Position numbers and translations under genes: made by a program
Notes under the pieces: generated by a model
Told to the model about the DNA's origin: nothing
The model's input: the letters and a program-made list of their open reading frames with translations, nothing else
The model's database searches: none
Assembly: GCF_963676685.1 (NCBI RefSeq)
Contig: NC_092345.1
Span: forward strand, 61,380,001 to 61,444,000
Source of the DNA: Mytilus edulis
Taxonomy: Eukaryota
Length of the DNA: 64,000 nucleotides
Direction of reading: 5' to 3'
In this document: positions 23,601 to 37,488 of the stretch, piece by piece
Position numbering within the stretch: the first letter of the stretch is position 1
Layout of the letters: the number at the start of each line of letters is the position of its first letter

Positions 23601-26600
23601 AATTTAGCTAGATATATAATTTTAAAAAAAACTGGGATCCTTTCGTTCGTTTCTGCTAATCTTAATTCAAAATGTGGTGTTCTTCGTAATTGGATAAACT
23701 TCTCTAAGTAGTAAGGTCGGATTCAATATTTATGAAAGGAGGGAGAATACCATTCTATAAATGATAAATAACTAAAAAAGATTTTTATGTTTAAAAGTAA
23801 CATAACAAAAATACCGAACTCCGAAGAAAATTCAAAATCAAGAGCTGTAACACATCAAACAAATGGATAACAACTGTCATATTCCTGACTTAGTACAGGG
23901 ATAATCTGGTGTAGAAAATGCTGGATTAAACCTGGTTCTATAGCGTTCTAAACCTCTAATTTGTTTGACAGTCGCATAAAATATTATTATATTGACAACA
24001 ATTCGTGAACAAAACAAACAGACTTATTAAGTAAAAATATGAAAATAGGGATACAACAGTAAACATAGTGTTATAACCTTAATCAATATAAAAACATACA
24101 AATATGTAACAAAGAAACACAGAAGGGCATATAGACAAAGCACATAAGCAAACAAGAAAGGCAAAAATAAAAAATATAATACCAGAGCAGAATAACACAA
24201 TGAAGGGTTGTACAAGTACCGAGTCACGTCAAATGGATATCACAAATAATACACTAAACAGAAAAGGTAATCTTCAAAAAGACAAAAAAATAAATAAAAT
24301 AGAACACGTTATTAAGATGATAAACAACGTCAGTACCCATTATCTACACTTCAAGCCTATTGTGTATTATTTATTAAGTTAAAAAAGGAACATTTATCAA
24401 CAAGGTTTAGGTATCTTCCGATGAACTTTGTTAAAAAAGGACGAGACGTATTCTGCTTCTGCTCAGACACTGTTAACGTTTTACAAAATCTGAGTAGCAA
24501 CTACAAGCTCTTGAATACCGAATAAGTTGGGAAATATTAATTTACATAGTTGGTGTGAAACATGAAATTGATTTTGTTAGCCATTGGTTGTTGATTGTGA
24601 CAAAGTTAAGTTAGAGAACGGAAACCAAATTAGGACGTACGGATGGACAATGGTAAAACGTCATACCCCTTTCGCCATGGCAAAAGTATTGCAAACTTAA
24701 AAAGACTTCATCTGGCACTAGAGACAAAATACGTTAACCTCGTGAAGCCAGATATAAAGGAAAAGAGAACAACGTATTGACCCTGTTAAAAGATGATACT
24801 ATTTGGACGTCGCCAGTGCCAAACTCTTAAGAATTCGACTTTCAACAAATGTTATATACTTAACCAGTTGTTTTTACATATGTTAACTGCATATATTTAT
24901 ACAAGATGTGACCAAAAGAAAATTTTGATAGTGATAAATTGACTGATTAAATTGTTTCTATACAATTCTCCGAAACGAGGAATGTGACTTGAACTGCTTC
25001 AAATAATGTTGCATTTGGGGATTTAACGTTTTTCTAGCTGTTTATTTCACATGTTTATTCTTTCACGTGGTAAGTCTTACCGAATTCATCATGTGAAAGT
25101 CAAATGCCAAGCCAAAATACAAAAAAGTTCTTTTTTTAATTGCAAGATAATATTGTAAAAGATGGTCGAAAGATACCAGAGGGACAGTCAAAGCTAAGTG
25201 ATATGCAATACGTATTTGCCACCTACAATTGAATATTTCAAGTAATAATAGTTTTAAAAAAAATATTACGAGGTCGCGGATCATAACAAACCATGTGTTT
25301 AAGGACAAAGAAATGTCAGAATTATATGTTTTTTTAGGTTATTATCGTGTCTTTCACTGTTCCCTGATGTAAACTTATATAAACGTATAATAATATTTTG
25401 CGAACTTATTTGGTTTTAAAAAATATGAAATATATAGCAAATTTCAGGATAAATTTAAGTAATTGTGTTTATATCATTAGTAAAAGAAAATTCTTCACAG
25501 ATATTTACATTTAAGTACGTCTAAACAAATGACAACTCTACGCCAATATATCCATTGGATCACTTGTGAAGGTGATACACTGCTGAAAACACATATTATA
25601 TTCATTATTACAAACACATTAATGTGATAATTTTGCTGCTATTAGTACCAAACTGATTGACATCCAACTATATATAATAAATGTCTTCATCAGATTGAAT
25701 TAAAAACGTAGTTTTGTATGTAATACCTAGCAAAAAATTGTGCAGAACGAATACTTTTTCGCCACGGGTTGTTTTTTCTAATGGTAAATATTGATTAGGT
25801 ATAACTTCAATACACTGGCTAAAACTTATTTTGAATCTTTTTTACCCAAATCTCTTACTAAATGAAGTTTTATAAAGAAGCTTGCCTATTGTTTGTCGAC
25901 TTCTACAAGTATAATTTTATTTATTTATTGTCTCTTTTGATAATTGATGTCTCGTTGTTGTAGGCCTATACTTGGCACTTTATTTTACCTCAACTGGGGT
26001 CTTGAAAATAACTAGTTTCCTTACGTGTATGCATCTGAAGAAAAACTAATAAGAAAAGCAGACCAAAATTTAAGCCAGTAAAACAAAAGGTATTCTCCGT
26101 ATTTATATTATGATCGGGAACTATTTTAATGTCAATGCCTCCCCTTGTATCATCTGAAACACCCCGTATATTATTTTAAAATGTTTTCAAATACATTTGT
26201 TCCACTAGAGTGTGACTCCTTTAATCTTTTAGTGAATTCTTCTAAAGAACGAAAAAATGGAGGTTCATTTTTCAATGTTTTCAATGTGAATCATGGCACA
26301 GAGAAATACACAATACAAATCATTTTAAATAAACGAAAAGAATTTCTAACATGTAGAAAACATTATTTGATCATTTCATTCTCTATAACTTAATTATAGA
26401 TTCTGTGGTATACGTTTCGGAAATTCAGATCATCAGAATGACTTCTGTTTACCCCGAAAAAGGCAGACTCAAAGTATAAAGCACTGTTTCAAGTTAAAAA
26501 AATATCTGCAAAGGGTCTATTAGAAATAATCTGATTCCTAAATGCTTAAAAATATCACAATTCAAGCAATCATATTGAAAACAGTCGTAGAGAACCGAGA

Positions 26601-29600
26601 ACATCTAAAAACATACAAAATAAATCTCCCATTCTTATTATATTCGATAATTAAACAGTTTAGTGCAATTCTTGTACACATGTATGAATCTACTATATAT
26701 ATAGATGTCATAAATTAGGCCGTTACTTTGCTCAAATGAATTATTTCACATTTTTCCTGCCGCGGCCTTGTACAGCCGATTTCACTATACGATGTGAGGT
26801 TTTCTAATTGTTGCAAGTCGTACGTTTGCTTATAGTTGCTTACATCCACTTCATTTTAAGTTTAGTGGATGTTTGTTCTAGCGCCTATCATATTATATTT
26901 GATACTGTATGCATAAAATATGTGTCGCTGAACTAACTGACATTCAATTAATTACACGTAAATTCATTTAAACTTAGGAGGTAAAATCATCAACAGACTT
27001 AGGTTAATATTTATTAGTTATTTCGTCCTTCAACTATACGAAGACGACGTGAACTGCTTGCCAATAAGGCAATATACCTTTGAATATGATTTTTATTGCC
27101 TAAATAATGATTTTATTATCACTAGATTCAAACCATACTAAATAATAATGTAATACACATATACAAAATTTAGTCCTGGTATTTATGATGAGTTTATTTA
27201 CACATATGCATTTTCATAGAACTCTATTTTGTGGATACAACTGTATGATGACAATGCATAAAATGAGTTTTTTTCTGACTGTTAATGATGTTTTCACACT
27301 TAATCCGTTAGATGTTGGAATGTACTTTTACTCTTAGATACATGTTTTTGTATTACTTTTTGTTGGTTTTAACAACTTGTCAGTTACTGAGACTTTCTGA
27401 TGTGTTTTTTTGTGTTTTTGTTGTTTTTTTTTATGTATAAATTCCCTGTTCTGTGTTTTTTCAGCTTTTTGTAGATCTGACTTAATTGTTTTCACTTGAT
27501 TTTTATAGTTTGTTCTTATGTTATACTGCAACACCACTGTCCAAGGTCACGGTTGTTTTGAGCGCTTACAAATATGTTTAACCCCGCGACATTCTTTGTG
27601 TTCTGTTTAGTCAGGACCCTGTAGTTCAGTGCATGGTTGTTGTTGTTTCATGTGTGTTGTATTTGTTTTTTATAAATCGTATTGTTCATAACACAACATA
27701 AGAAAAAACTATAAAAATTAGAAATACATGACTTGAATCAGTGTATCGGCACGAAGCATAAATAAACCAATTTCCATAAAAACAATAGATACTAAGCACA
27801 AATACAAGAGTACTAAAAGCTAGTTCAAAGCCAATTACAACTTGAAACAAATCATATTTTCAAGAACACAAGTATCAATCAATACAACTACAACAGATTT
27901 AGTGTACGAATGTCATAATCAGTCTGAGAAACGCATGGCCTTGTGAAATGCAAATGTTTAATTGATAACCTTTAAGAATGGGTGTATTCAAAAGATTTCT
28001 GAGATTACACGGATCGAAATATCGTAATATGGGATTCATTAACAATATAAAAGTAATATCCCGTTTTGAAAAAGAATCCTGCAGATACAGTCAAACTTCA
28101 GAACCACATCTTTGCATCGGCGGAAAAATTAAGTAACAGTGTACATTTGTGTTTTTGTGTTTTTGTATGGTTGATTGTTATTTTTTCTCCAGATGACACT
28201 GTCGGTTTCGGTTCGAATGTTTCTTTTTCATTTTTCTCTTTCTATGATACCATAACAGGGAAACTTTAAAATTTATTCAAAAGGGCTTTACTCGTAAAAA
28301 TTAAAATTTAATCCAACTTATCAGTTTAGAGATCACACAAATCTATTCCATTTCAATCACTCAAAAAAGTCTGTCTTTTTATACTCTGTTTGGTACTTGT
28401 TTTTATCAAATATCCTGTTATGCTATAACAGGCAACTTATTATCGATTACTCTTCACCAGTAACTCTAACACTCAAACATATACCGAAGACATTAACATT
28501 TTCTGAATATAAAGCATATATGTGCTGAAGGTATTGGTATAATATTTCATATTTTAACCATCACATTCTGTTATAAGTTCATTTAAAAAAAAGTCGACTG
28601 ATTGTACAATAATTTTATTCCAAATTCTATTGTATTTCATACACTCTTGATGGCATTTGTCCTAACTACTACATGTTTTAATCATGTTTGGTTTGGCCTA
28701 AAAAGAAAAGAAAAACAAATGACATATATTAGAAGTATTCTTCATGTATGGTTTTCAATATATATCATAATAAAAGGTAAGCTTTTATTAATGTATTTTC
28801 TTATCTTAATCTTTCTATTTTGTAGATGTGATAACCACTCTATCAGTTCCAATATTTGTCCATGTAACATTTTCTATTTAGTATAAAAAACACACAATTA
28901 GAAAAAAAAACTAAATTCAAATATCATGTGTCGTAGATGACGGTGATCTACAGTTGTTAATATTTGTTGTATATGATCTCTTCTTTCAAGTTGTCTCATT
29001 GGTAATCCTATCACATCTTATTATTTTCAGTAGATCAATAAAATATCAATTATTGGATAAAATAGTTTGCAATATGAAAGAGTTCGAATAAATTTATTGT
29101 TAGGACTTAAGAGACCATGCGTAAAACTTTCCCTTTGAATGTAACTTACCACAATTCCTGAAACGAACGTGTTTAATGGTACACTATAAGTGTATATAGA
29201 AATGTATTTTCTGTGGAAAATCCTAGACTTTTTATTTAACACTGAGACGTGTCATGTGCATATCGATTTTCTTTGCTCAATGACATATACATAGTTTTTT
29301 TTTATACAATTTAGATGCCGTTAATTTGACCAATCAATGCATTTAACATTCAATTCAAATTTCTTTATTATCTTACCTAATTTATGGAACAGGATCTTTG
29401 GTGATGGTATAGCTTGCCATGGCACCTTTAAACATATTTTCACCTACATGGTTACTAAAAAGCCATGTACTGGCATGGTCAGCCAACATTTCCGCTGTAT
29501 AATAAGTGCCTGCCTCAACACTTATCACACTTGTCTGTTTAGTGCTACCAAACACATTCATGGTTAGTGCTTGTCCGTTGAATTTAACGGAATGTTGAGA

Positions 29601-30329
29601 TGCTTTGTCGCCAGTTGACATTATGTACCAAGAAACCTGTTCTCCGACAGAAATATTCATGGCGGGTGTATTGAAAAACATGAAACCATTAATTGCGCGT
29701 TTTTGGTTTGCTTCAACAAAATCAGGATCATTACAATCTTTTCAACCAGGTGCATATGAATGAGTATTTAACTTGAAAAAGTGACTTTTTGTTTCATCGT
29801 AGGTCTCAAAGTTTAGAGCAAATTCACGATCAACATTATCATTCCTGTAACCATCCTTATCAAGTGCGCCCTTTCTACAAACTACCAAAGGTCCGAAAAG
29901 GCCAGTATTCGAGTCTTTCAGAGGATTAGTTGTAGAATCATAGGATCTTCCAACGCAATTCGGGTCACACGGACCCGATCTTTCTGGAACATACCATCTC
30001 AAAGTTGTAGTTTTACCAGGTGGTACTCCATTTTTCTGCTTGTCCGCGCACCATGTGGTTATCGCCTTTAAGATTTCTCATATTGATTGTATTCGGAAAA
30101 TTGACCATATTTTTATATACTATTTCAAGGGTATCACCAACTTGAACTCGGACAAATGAGCCTAATATTCCTAAATGGTAATCTCTGAAACCTCGTTTTA
30201 CTAAATGCTTAAATGATCCGTCTGTAAATTCTCTGTACACCGCTTTGATATATTTTGTTCAAATGAATTGCCTGTTGTCTCTTATATAAATATTACCATC
30301 TCTGAAATATGAAATAACTAAAGATTGCA

Positions 30330-30885
30330 TGAACGTAAGAAAGGTTAAAACAAACGATAGCGTAAACAGTTAGAAAGGTTAAAAGACACATGAGGGTTCA
30401 AACAGTTTGAAAACGAGGTAAAAAATACATAAACTGCGAGAAAAGTTAAAAACGACAATATGTGAATAAAACAGTTGGAAAAAGTGAATCAAACTTATGA
30501 GTGAAAACAGTACAAAACTAAAATGAGTGAAAACAGCACAAAACTAAAATGAGTGAAATCAGCTGGATAATTTCAAGAAAAGATACGAAACAGGTAAAGT
30601 CATTGAAACAAACACGAGGGTGAAAATGGTTGAAAGTCAAGGTATAAAAACAAGATAAAACATGAGTGTGAAAACAAGATAAAAACAAAACGACTCATCA
30701 GAGAAAATAATTTGGAAAAGGTGAAACAAACATGAGAGTGAAAACTATTAGAAAGGATAAAACAACAAAAATATTGTAAGGAAATATGAATCAAACGTAC
30801 TGATGAAAAAAGTAAAGAAAGGTAAAAAACATGATTGTGAAAATGGTAAGGAAAGAAGAAAAAACAAGAGTATGACAACAGTTGG
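30330..30885. repeat. Degenerate A-rich tandem repeat in an intron
   Basis: Recurring AAAAGGT.AAAACAAACATGAGTGTGAAAACAGTTGG-like units of about 35 bp. Confidence 0.6.
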
Positions 30886-31979
30886 AATCCCACCAACTAT
30901 GATTTTTGCAGCGAATTGCTGATAGATATTTGAAAACATAACGATTAAATTCAAAATAAAAATAATGCTACAAGTCTCACTGCGCCAGATGCGCATTAGG
31001 ACAACCAAATTCAGGTAAGTGATCCTCGAAACCATAATATTTGAACATTTTAATTTTACTTCCTACGTTGAATAGCTGGCAAAACCAATAAAACAATATC
31101 CGTATAAATATATGCAATCTGCCAAAATTGAGCTTATGGGCCTAACTGTTAAATGATAACCTTAGAAATCAAAGATATAATAACTACTTACAAATATAAG
31201 AGGAAGGCACAACAAAGAATAATTTAAACATTTTGATACTTATATAAGAATTACACATAACGCAACGCAATTTTCCTCAGTAGTACAATAATTATGCCTT
31301 CCAGTATGTCTTTAGCGAAGCATTATTTAGCTTCCCTAAATTTTCAAATTTAAATTTCTATCTCTGTATAGTTAAAGTACGTTAGTAATTTTATTAACAT
31401 CCTTGAAATATTTATTAATAGACTATATTTGAACCAACGTTGATTTAAATTTGGACATTCATATGTAGTTTAATATTAATATTACGTAAAATAACTAATG
31501 ACGAGAAGCATGAAATATGTTGTTTCGTATTGAATATATCTTTTTATAGTACAAGTAGTATCAATTAATGATTTAAAAGTTCCATAATAATAGACATCCC
31601 AACAATTGAATCACAATTTTTTGGTATTATAGGCGTAAAACATATCTCACGTGGTTGGATCTCGCATATCTCCAAGTGTGACAGCATGAATTTTTCTTTC
31701 AGAGAAATCCCATTCAACGTCTACGGCAGCTATGTAGTATCTCCATAGTTTACCACCTGACTGTATTGACTTTGGTACATATGATTTGATTCCACAGTCT
31801 TTAACAGTGTATGTAGCGATCATTCCATCTTCTTGTAAATTGGTCTGACCACTCTTTATCAGCCAAACCCCTAATTATTGATACATGCAATTGATAAGTA
31901 AACGGTTGTAATATTGTACTGACATTTTAAGGCAGACTGCATCTTTGAACGGCAATATTCTGGAAATTAATCCCGATTA

Positions 31980-32100
31980 GTTATCAAAGGTACCAGGCTT
32001 ATAATTTCAGACGCCAGACGCACGTTTTGTCTACATAAAAGTCATCAGTGACGCTCAAAAATAGTTATAAAGCCAACCAGTATAAAGTTGAAGAACATTA
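31980..32100 (+). repeat. Interspersed repeat (family C)
   Basis: GTTATCAAAGGTACCAGG...ACGCCAGACG..CGTTT.GTCTACATAA; inverted longer copy at about 53935-54210; short start at about 45325. Confidence 0.65.
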
Positions 32101-33367
32101 AGACGTCAATTGTTTAGATTTCTTTCAATAAACCTATTAATTAATATTTAAGCAATAAGCAAATGAATTCTTAAGATGTACGAAAAGTAACATTCTTTTA
32201 TTAGCAATTAATCATATACTCTGTTTTGTCTCGAATACATGTTTTTTCAAAGATTAAGATCCAGGATAAACATAACTTAGACCCCTTTTAAAAAACGTGG
32301 CTGTTCCCCCAATTGTATCTTCAAAAAATGCCTGAAAGAAATAAATCCTTATAAGCATATAAATACTGATGACCAACCGTTACAGTTCGTTCGATGGTTC
32401 TCGTTTTGTTTTGTTTTTATTTCAATCTCTACTTGTTTCATAACCAATACAAGATAGGGGAAAATAACAAAAAAAAAAGCTTTGTTCAAGTTAAAGTAGT
32501 ATATTTTATAGCAAATCGAGAGCGATAGAAATTTTCATGGTGCGTATTACATAAGTATGATGAGTTCGTATCTGTTTACGCAGGTCAAAGATACTATACG
32601 TATAAGATTAATTTGTGTTAGAATACGAGTTACTGTAAGTGAGCATGATGAACCAGTTTACAAGAAGGGACCTGCAATTTTTGGAAAACCTTTTTTTTTT
32701 TTCAATACCTCAAAATGCTTAACTTTTTTTATTTTCATATCACAATAAGATAATAGAGACATTTACAAGAACTTCCCATAGAAATTAAACAGATATAAGG
32801 CTGACTACTTTGTGTTGCAGTGCATTTGTTATTCCTCTTTCTTACCAATATTGTCCGGTGTCATGGTAACTGTGACTGCCTCTCCATTCCCAACAATTAG
32901 TTTTAAAAGAAAAATATATTTATGTTACTTGGCGAAAAAAATAATAAAGTGGCGAAAAATATATTGTTTTGGCGAAAGAGGTGGCGAATAAAATAATTGA
33001 CCCAGGGGAAACCCTGATTATACGGAATGAAATCTCTATTTACGTGAGTATTTGTTAAAGTTGGAAAAACGGCAAGAGTTATTCACATAACATAAGTAAA
33101 AGTTGGTGATACTGCCATCAACTAAAAAATATTTTCGAATTGATTAAAATAACATACAGCAGCTGGTCAGATATAACAATGATTTTGGCTATTAAAAAAA
33201 TGAAATTCCGGAAAAGCTTCCTTATGGTAGTATTTATCGTGTGACTGATCATTTATATATGACATATATATTCACTGCGTAGACCCTTCACTTTTGATGC
33301 ATTGGATGGATGTTTGGTTGAGTTTTTACTTGTTTAGACGTACTTATCAAAATAATTATTTGTACAA

Positions 33368-33535
33368 ATTATTAGTTCAGTCTAGGTGGCAGATTAGTTT
33401 ATCTAGCAATAGACACAGTGCAGGTGGTGGTGTCTCGATATCCCAATAGCATCAGTACGGATCCCGACGAGGGAAGTAAAAACATTTGCTTCCTCAAATT
33501 TGCAAATGTAACATTGTTGTGCTGATATTTAGAGT
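33368..33535 (+). repeat. SINE-like repeat with a second copy at about 34155-34275
   Basis: ATTATTAGTTCAGTCTAGGTG...CAGGTGGTG...GATAT.CCAATA...TAACATT shared by both copies. Confidence 0.5.
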
Positions 33536-33766
33536 AATAATTAATTTTATCGTCCTTCCCTCCGCCTATATCACCCTGCTCTGTTGCTCCGTAATTTTCG
33601 TATCAAGACTTCAAAACGAGACCAGGCATTATCAGCGACGTCACAATGTGAGAAGAGAAGTTATTAGTGACGTCACAATGCGAGAGGAGACGTTATCAAG
33701 CTTGCTTTTGTCAAGCGTAAAACTGTCTTAAGGAGAAAGAAACGACCAGTTATAGAACGATAAAAA

Positions 33767-33927
33767 GATAATCGGGTTTTCTTCGTATAGATATCGTAAA
33801 ATATCAGCCGCTCGACACAATGTGAAACTTTTTAGCTCGTTCGCTACGCTCACTCGCCAAAAAGGTTCACATTGTGGCTCGCGGCTGATATTTTACGATA
33901 TCAATGTATAGAAAACCCGATAATCTA
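33767..33927. repeat. Long palindrome (~70-bp arms), end of a non-autonomous DNA element
   Basis: GATAATCGGGTTTTCT...GATATCGTAAAATATCAGCCGC...CACAATGTGAA is mirrored by TTCACATTGTG...GCGGCTGATATTTTACGATATC...AGAAAACCCGATAATC around a GTTCGCTACGCTCAC core. Confidence 0.85.
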
Positions 33928-35510
33928 TACATAAATATAAAATGTATTTTTAGCCGTGTATCACCTTCTCTTGAGAGCCGTTGGGTGCATCTTTCGAAGA
34001 AACAAACTTATCAAAATAAAATAATTTGGATCCTTTACGATAGATATTTAGCATACCTGCACTCAACTCGATCTTCATGGCTTATATATCATGTACTGTG
34101 TAACAACTTTACATTCTACTGACAAGGTAAGGTAACACTATGCCACCTGCACTGATTATTAGTTCAGTCTAGGTGAACGAATGGTCTAGAGCGATGGACA
34201 AAGAGCAGGTGGTGTTGTAATGATATTCCAATATGTAGTAAATGTCTAACATATTATTTCCTCAGTGTAGATTGTTTGAGTTTCAAAATCATCGAAAGCA
34301 TCCACAGATGGAATTACATGAACTCAAAATGGAGCACTTCTGGTGGATTTTACAGGGTAAAAAAGGAAAACATTACTATAACAATACTATGATTTTTGTG
34401 CTTCCAAATCTCTTTTCTGGATTTACCTTCACCACGAACTTTCAAAGCCGAAAAAATTGAAAGTCATATATTTATATGAAGCTATATAATATAAAAAGAC
34501 CATAAAAATAATAGCCCAATTCATTTAAGGTTACCTTTGCCTGAAGGAGTTAAAAATTAGAAATGGACAATTTAAGAAAGATTTGTTGTAAATCATGTCC
34601 GTACCGAATTTATGACTTTTAAGCTGACGATACCCTCGGAACTGGTAGTCCACCAAGCGTTGCCTGATATTCACAAATCACCCATCATTCGAATCGAGAC
34701 TCCAATTTTCAATAGAGGGAATATAACATATTAAGTTTATTTACAGATCATCTGAATATACTGCCGTCAGATTATCTTAAAATTCAAGGCTACGAGAACA
34801 TGCCTCTTAGCCGATAATATATGTTAATTGTAACATGAATTTGCTCTTCCTTTTTACAGTTAAAAGCAAAAGTTTTACAATGCATGCAACGAATCTAATA
34901 CTGTAAGGTGTGGTAGTCTTTAAAACACCCCAGTATGTTAAAAGTTAAATCTCAAAAATACTGAATTCCAAGGAAAATTCAAACCGAAAGTCCCTAATCA
35001 AATGGTAAAATTAAAAGCTCAAACACATCAAACGAATGAACAAGAACTGTCATATTCCTGACTTAGTAAATGCATTTTCCTAAGTAGAAAATGGTGGATT
35101 AAACCTGCTTTTATAGCTAGCGAAACTTCAAACTTGTATGACAGTCGCATTAAATTTCTTTATATTGACAACGATGTGTGAATAAAACAGACATAATAGG
35201 TAAAAATGTCAAAAATATGGATACAGAAGTCAACATTGTGTTATTCTCTTAATCACTATAAAAACAAACAAATATGTAAACTAACTTTGACACAAAAACA
35301 CAATGACAGGATGTATACGTACATATGTATCAAAGAAACACAAAAAGGCATACAGATTTTACTTGAATTAAGATATGATTTACAACAAAACCGTGATGAT
35401 GAAAAACACACTTTGTTATGAAAAGAACACATCATAATATGATATAAGGAGACAATTTCAAAAATGTTTCCTGTCCGCAAAAGAACAGTTCTGGTCTTAT
35501 ATTTTCTATA

Positions 35511-35842
35511 CTATGTATTTTTATTAATTCTTCTACATGTATTGATATGCCTTTTGATAGAGGTTAGATCCAACATTACGAAACAGCACAGGAATAACAC
35601 TAAAATCAAAAGCATACCAGCTCCTATTGATTGCGAGGATATCCTGTCATCGGGGGCACTTAAAAATTTGTTGAGATAAGACGAAATATTTTGTTTATCC
35701 ACCTTAAGCAAATCTTCAATTTCCTTTAGTTTAGGTGATAGAATAAGGCGAAGTTCATCCATTGTATAGTTGGTAACAGTTTGATTACTCCAATAGTCTA
35801 GTCGTGCCTTATATTCACAACTGCATGCACATTGTGGCACCC
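35511..35842 (-). CDS. Ig/mucin membrane-protein gene, last exon (juxtamembrane region, TM helix, short tail)
   Basis: Acceptor TTTTGTAG, phase 1; CACSC...LKVDKQNISSYLNKFLSAPDDRISSQSIGAGMLLILVLFLCCFVMLD; stop ends at 35511. Confidence 0.8.
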
Positions 35843-36654
35843 CTACAAAATATACGAATATAGTACATAAGAAATATATGTCACAGTTTACATATGCATC
35901 AGAATAAACTTAAACTTGATTTTTGAAATCACGAATAAACGGTAAGTTCAACTGTACACACATTACTTGTTTCGATTACACATAGTATATATTATTTTTA
36001 TAGTTACAAGAAAGAATATATGAGAATTCCTGTACTTCAAATTTTTAAAATAAGAGTTAAAGAATGGATCCTTGCGATTTCGAAACATAACCTTGAGGCC
36101 AAATACAAAAAAAGAAGATATGGTATAATTGCCTAAAAGACCAAAATTTCATTATCAACTATATGTCACCGTACGGCCTTCAACAATAAGCAAAGCCTTT
36201 GCCACTTAGTCAGCAAAGGTCTATGTCATCAATTTCCATATTTACTTTATAGACAGCGCTCTTATGTCAATCGACCTCAGCAAGTACTACCTGTCAAATA
36301 TTGGTAGGATATAACTCAAATCAATGCTACGAATATCGGAAACACTTGAGTAATGTGCTTCATGCAGTAAAGTAAATCTGAACCTACTTAAAGGAAGTAA
36401 AACTGTTCCATTTATATTTTAGTTAATCAGATATACAAATTCTATCCAAAATCAAATGCATGCTTTTCACAGATGTTTTATACAAACGGACGGGTAAATT
36501 TAGCTCAAAATTACACTGAACCTTGCTTTTTACACAATAAAAATTAAAAGCCAGATTTACAATTGCTTTCTTAACTTTCCTGTGGGTGCTCCTGATGGTA
36601 ACATTGAAGAGGCATGATTGTCAGATAATAGGGATTGAGTTATGCCTTACTTAC

Positions 36655-37014
36655 TTGTGTTGTCTCCTTCGGTCATTCCCATGGTAGTACTAGGAGATAT
36701 AACATTAGCTGTGATGTCTTTATCGGTCGTTTCCGTGGTAATAGATAAAACATTAGTCGTGATGTTTCCATTGGTCGTTTCCATAGTTAATGGTAACACA
36801 TAAGTCATTATGTCACTATTTATCGTTTCCGTGGTAGTAGATAAACCATCAGTCGTGATTTTTCCGCTTGTTGACATAATATCGGTTGTTCTTTTCGACG
36901 TTGTTTTATCATTCGAAGAAATTATCTCCACTGAAGTTCTATCGACTGTTGTTGATGGTACAGTTGTGAATACCAGGTCTTCACTCGTCGTGTCTGTTAG
37001 AATAACTGTTGAGG
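36655..37014 (-). CDS. Ig/mucin membrane-protein gene, Thr/Ser-rich stalk exon
   Basis: 360 nt, AG/GTAAGT boundaries, phase 1-1, open frame rich in T/S. Confidence 0.8.
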
Positions 37015-37488
37015 CTTTAAAAGAAAGGAGAGAGAGATTTTACGTTACGACGGGATTTCGTAGATTATGTATGTTATGTTCATATATTTGAAAAAATACA
37101 ATTAAAAAAAAATTACATGATAAGAATAAAATAATGGTATCGACCAAACGCATAAAACTTATTAACTTGCGCGTCCGATGCGCTTTTCTTGATTTAAGTT
37201 AATCAGGTACGCTCAAATTCAAAAATTTGAAAGTCATGAATGTCATTCCTTATATGGTTGCAAGAATTCAATTAAATGCAATGATATCTTTTAAAAAAAA
37301 AAATATCATGCGGCAAAGGCTGACCAGAATGCAGTTGATAATAACGTTTAATTCTAGTACTAAATACACATTATTAATGTTTGTTTCGTAAATGCATGGT
37401 ATATATGTTTTACACGGTATTAGATATGTATTTAAGTTTCTGGATATTAAAACCTAATGGATGAGTTTTCAATTTTAAATAAACACAA

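Larger units (their letters stand above)
29382..32900 (-). pseudogene. Hephaestin/ceruloplasmin-like multicopper-oxidase-family pseudogene (3' part)
   Basis: Phase-compatible exons ~32900-32846 (GEAVTVTMTPDNIG), 31870-31651 (GVWLI...RYYIAAVDVEWDF) and 30301-29382 (KYIKAVYREFTD, HLGILG, WYVPERSGP, GLFGPLVVC, DREFAL, AING). Premature stops at 30259-30261 and 29742-29744; frameshift near 30030-30050. Confidence 0.88.

Noticed and set aside
28719-28890. Possible plus-strand signal-peptide exon (MTYIRSILHVWFSIYIIIKG|GTAAG) and following acceptor
   Set aside because: The intron would be only about 50 nt and no convincing downstream coding sequence follows.
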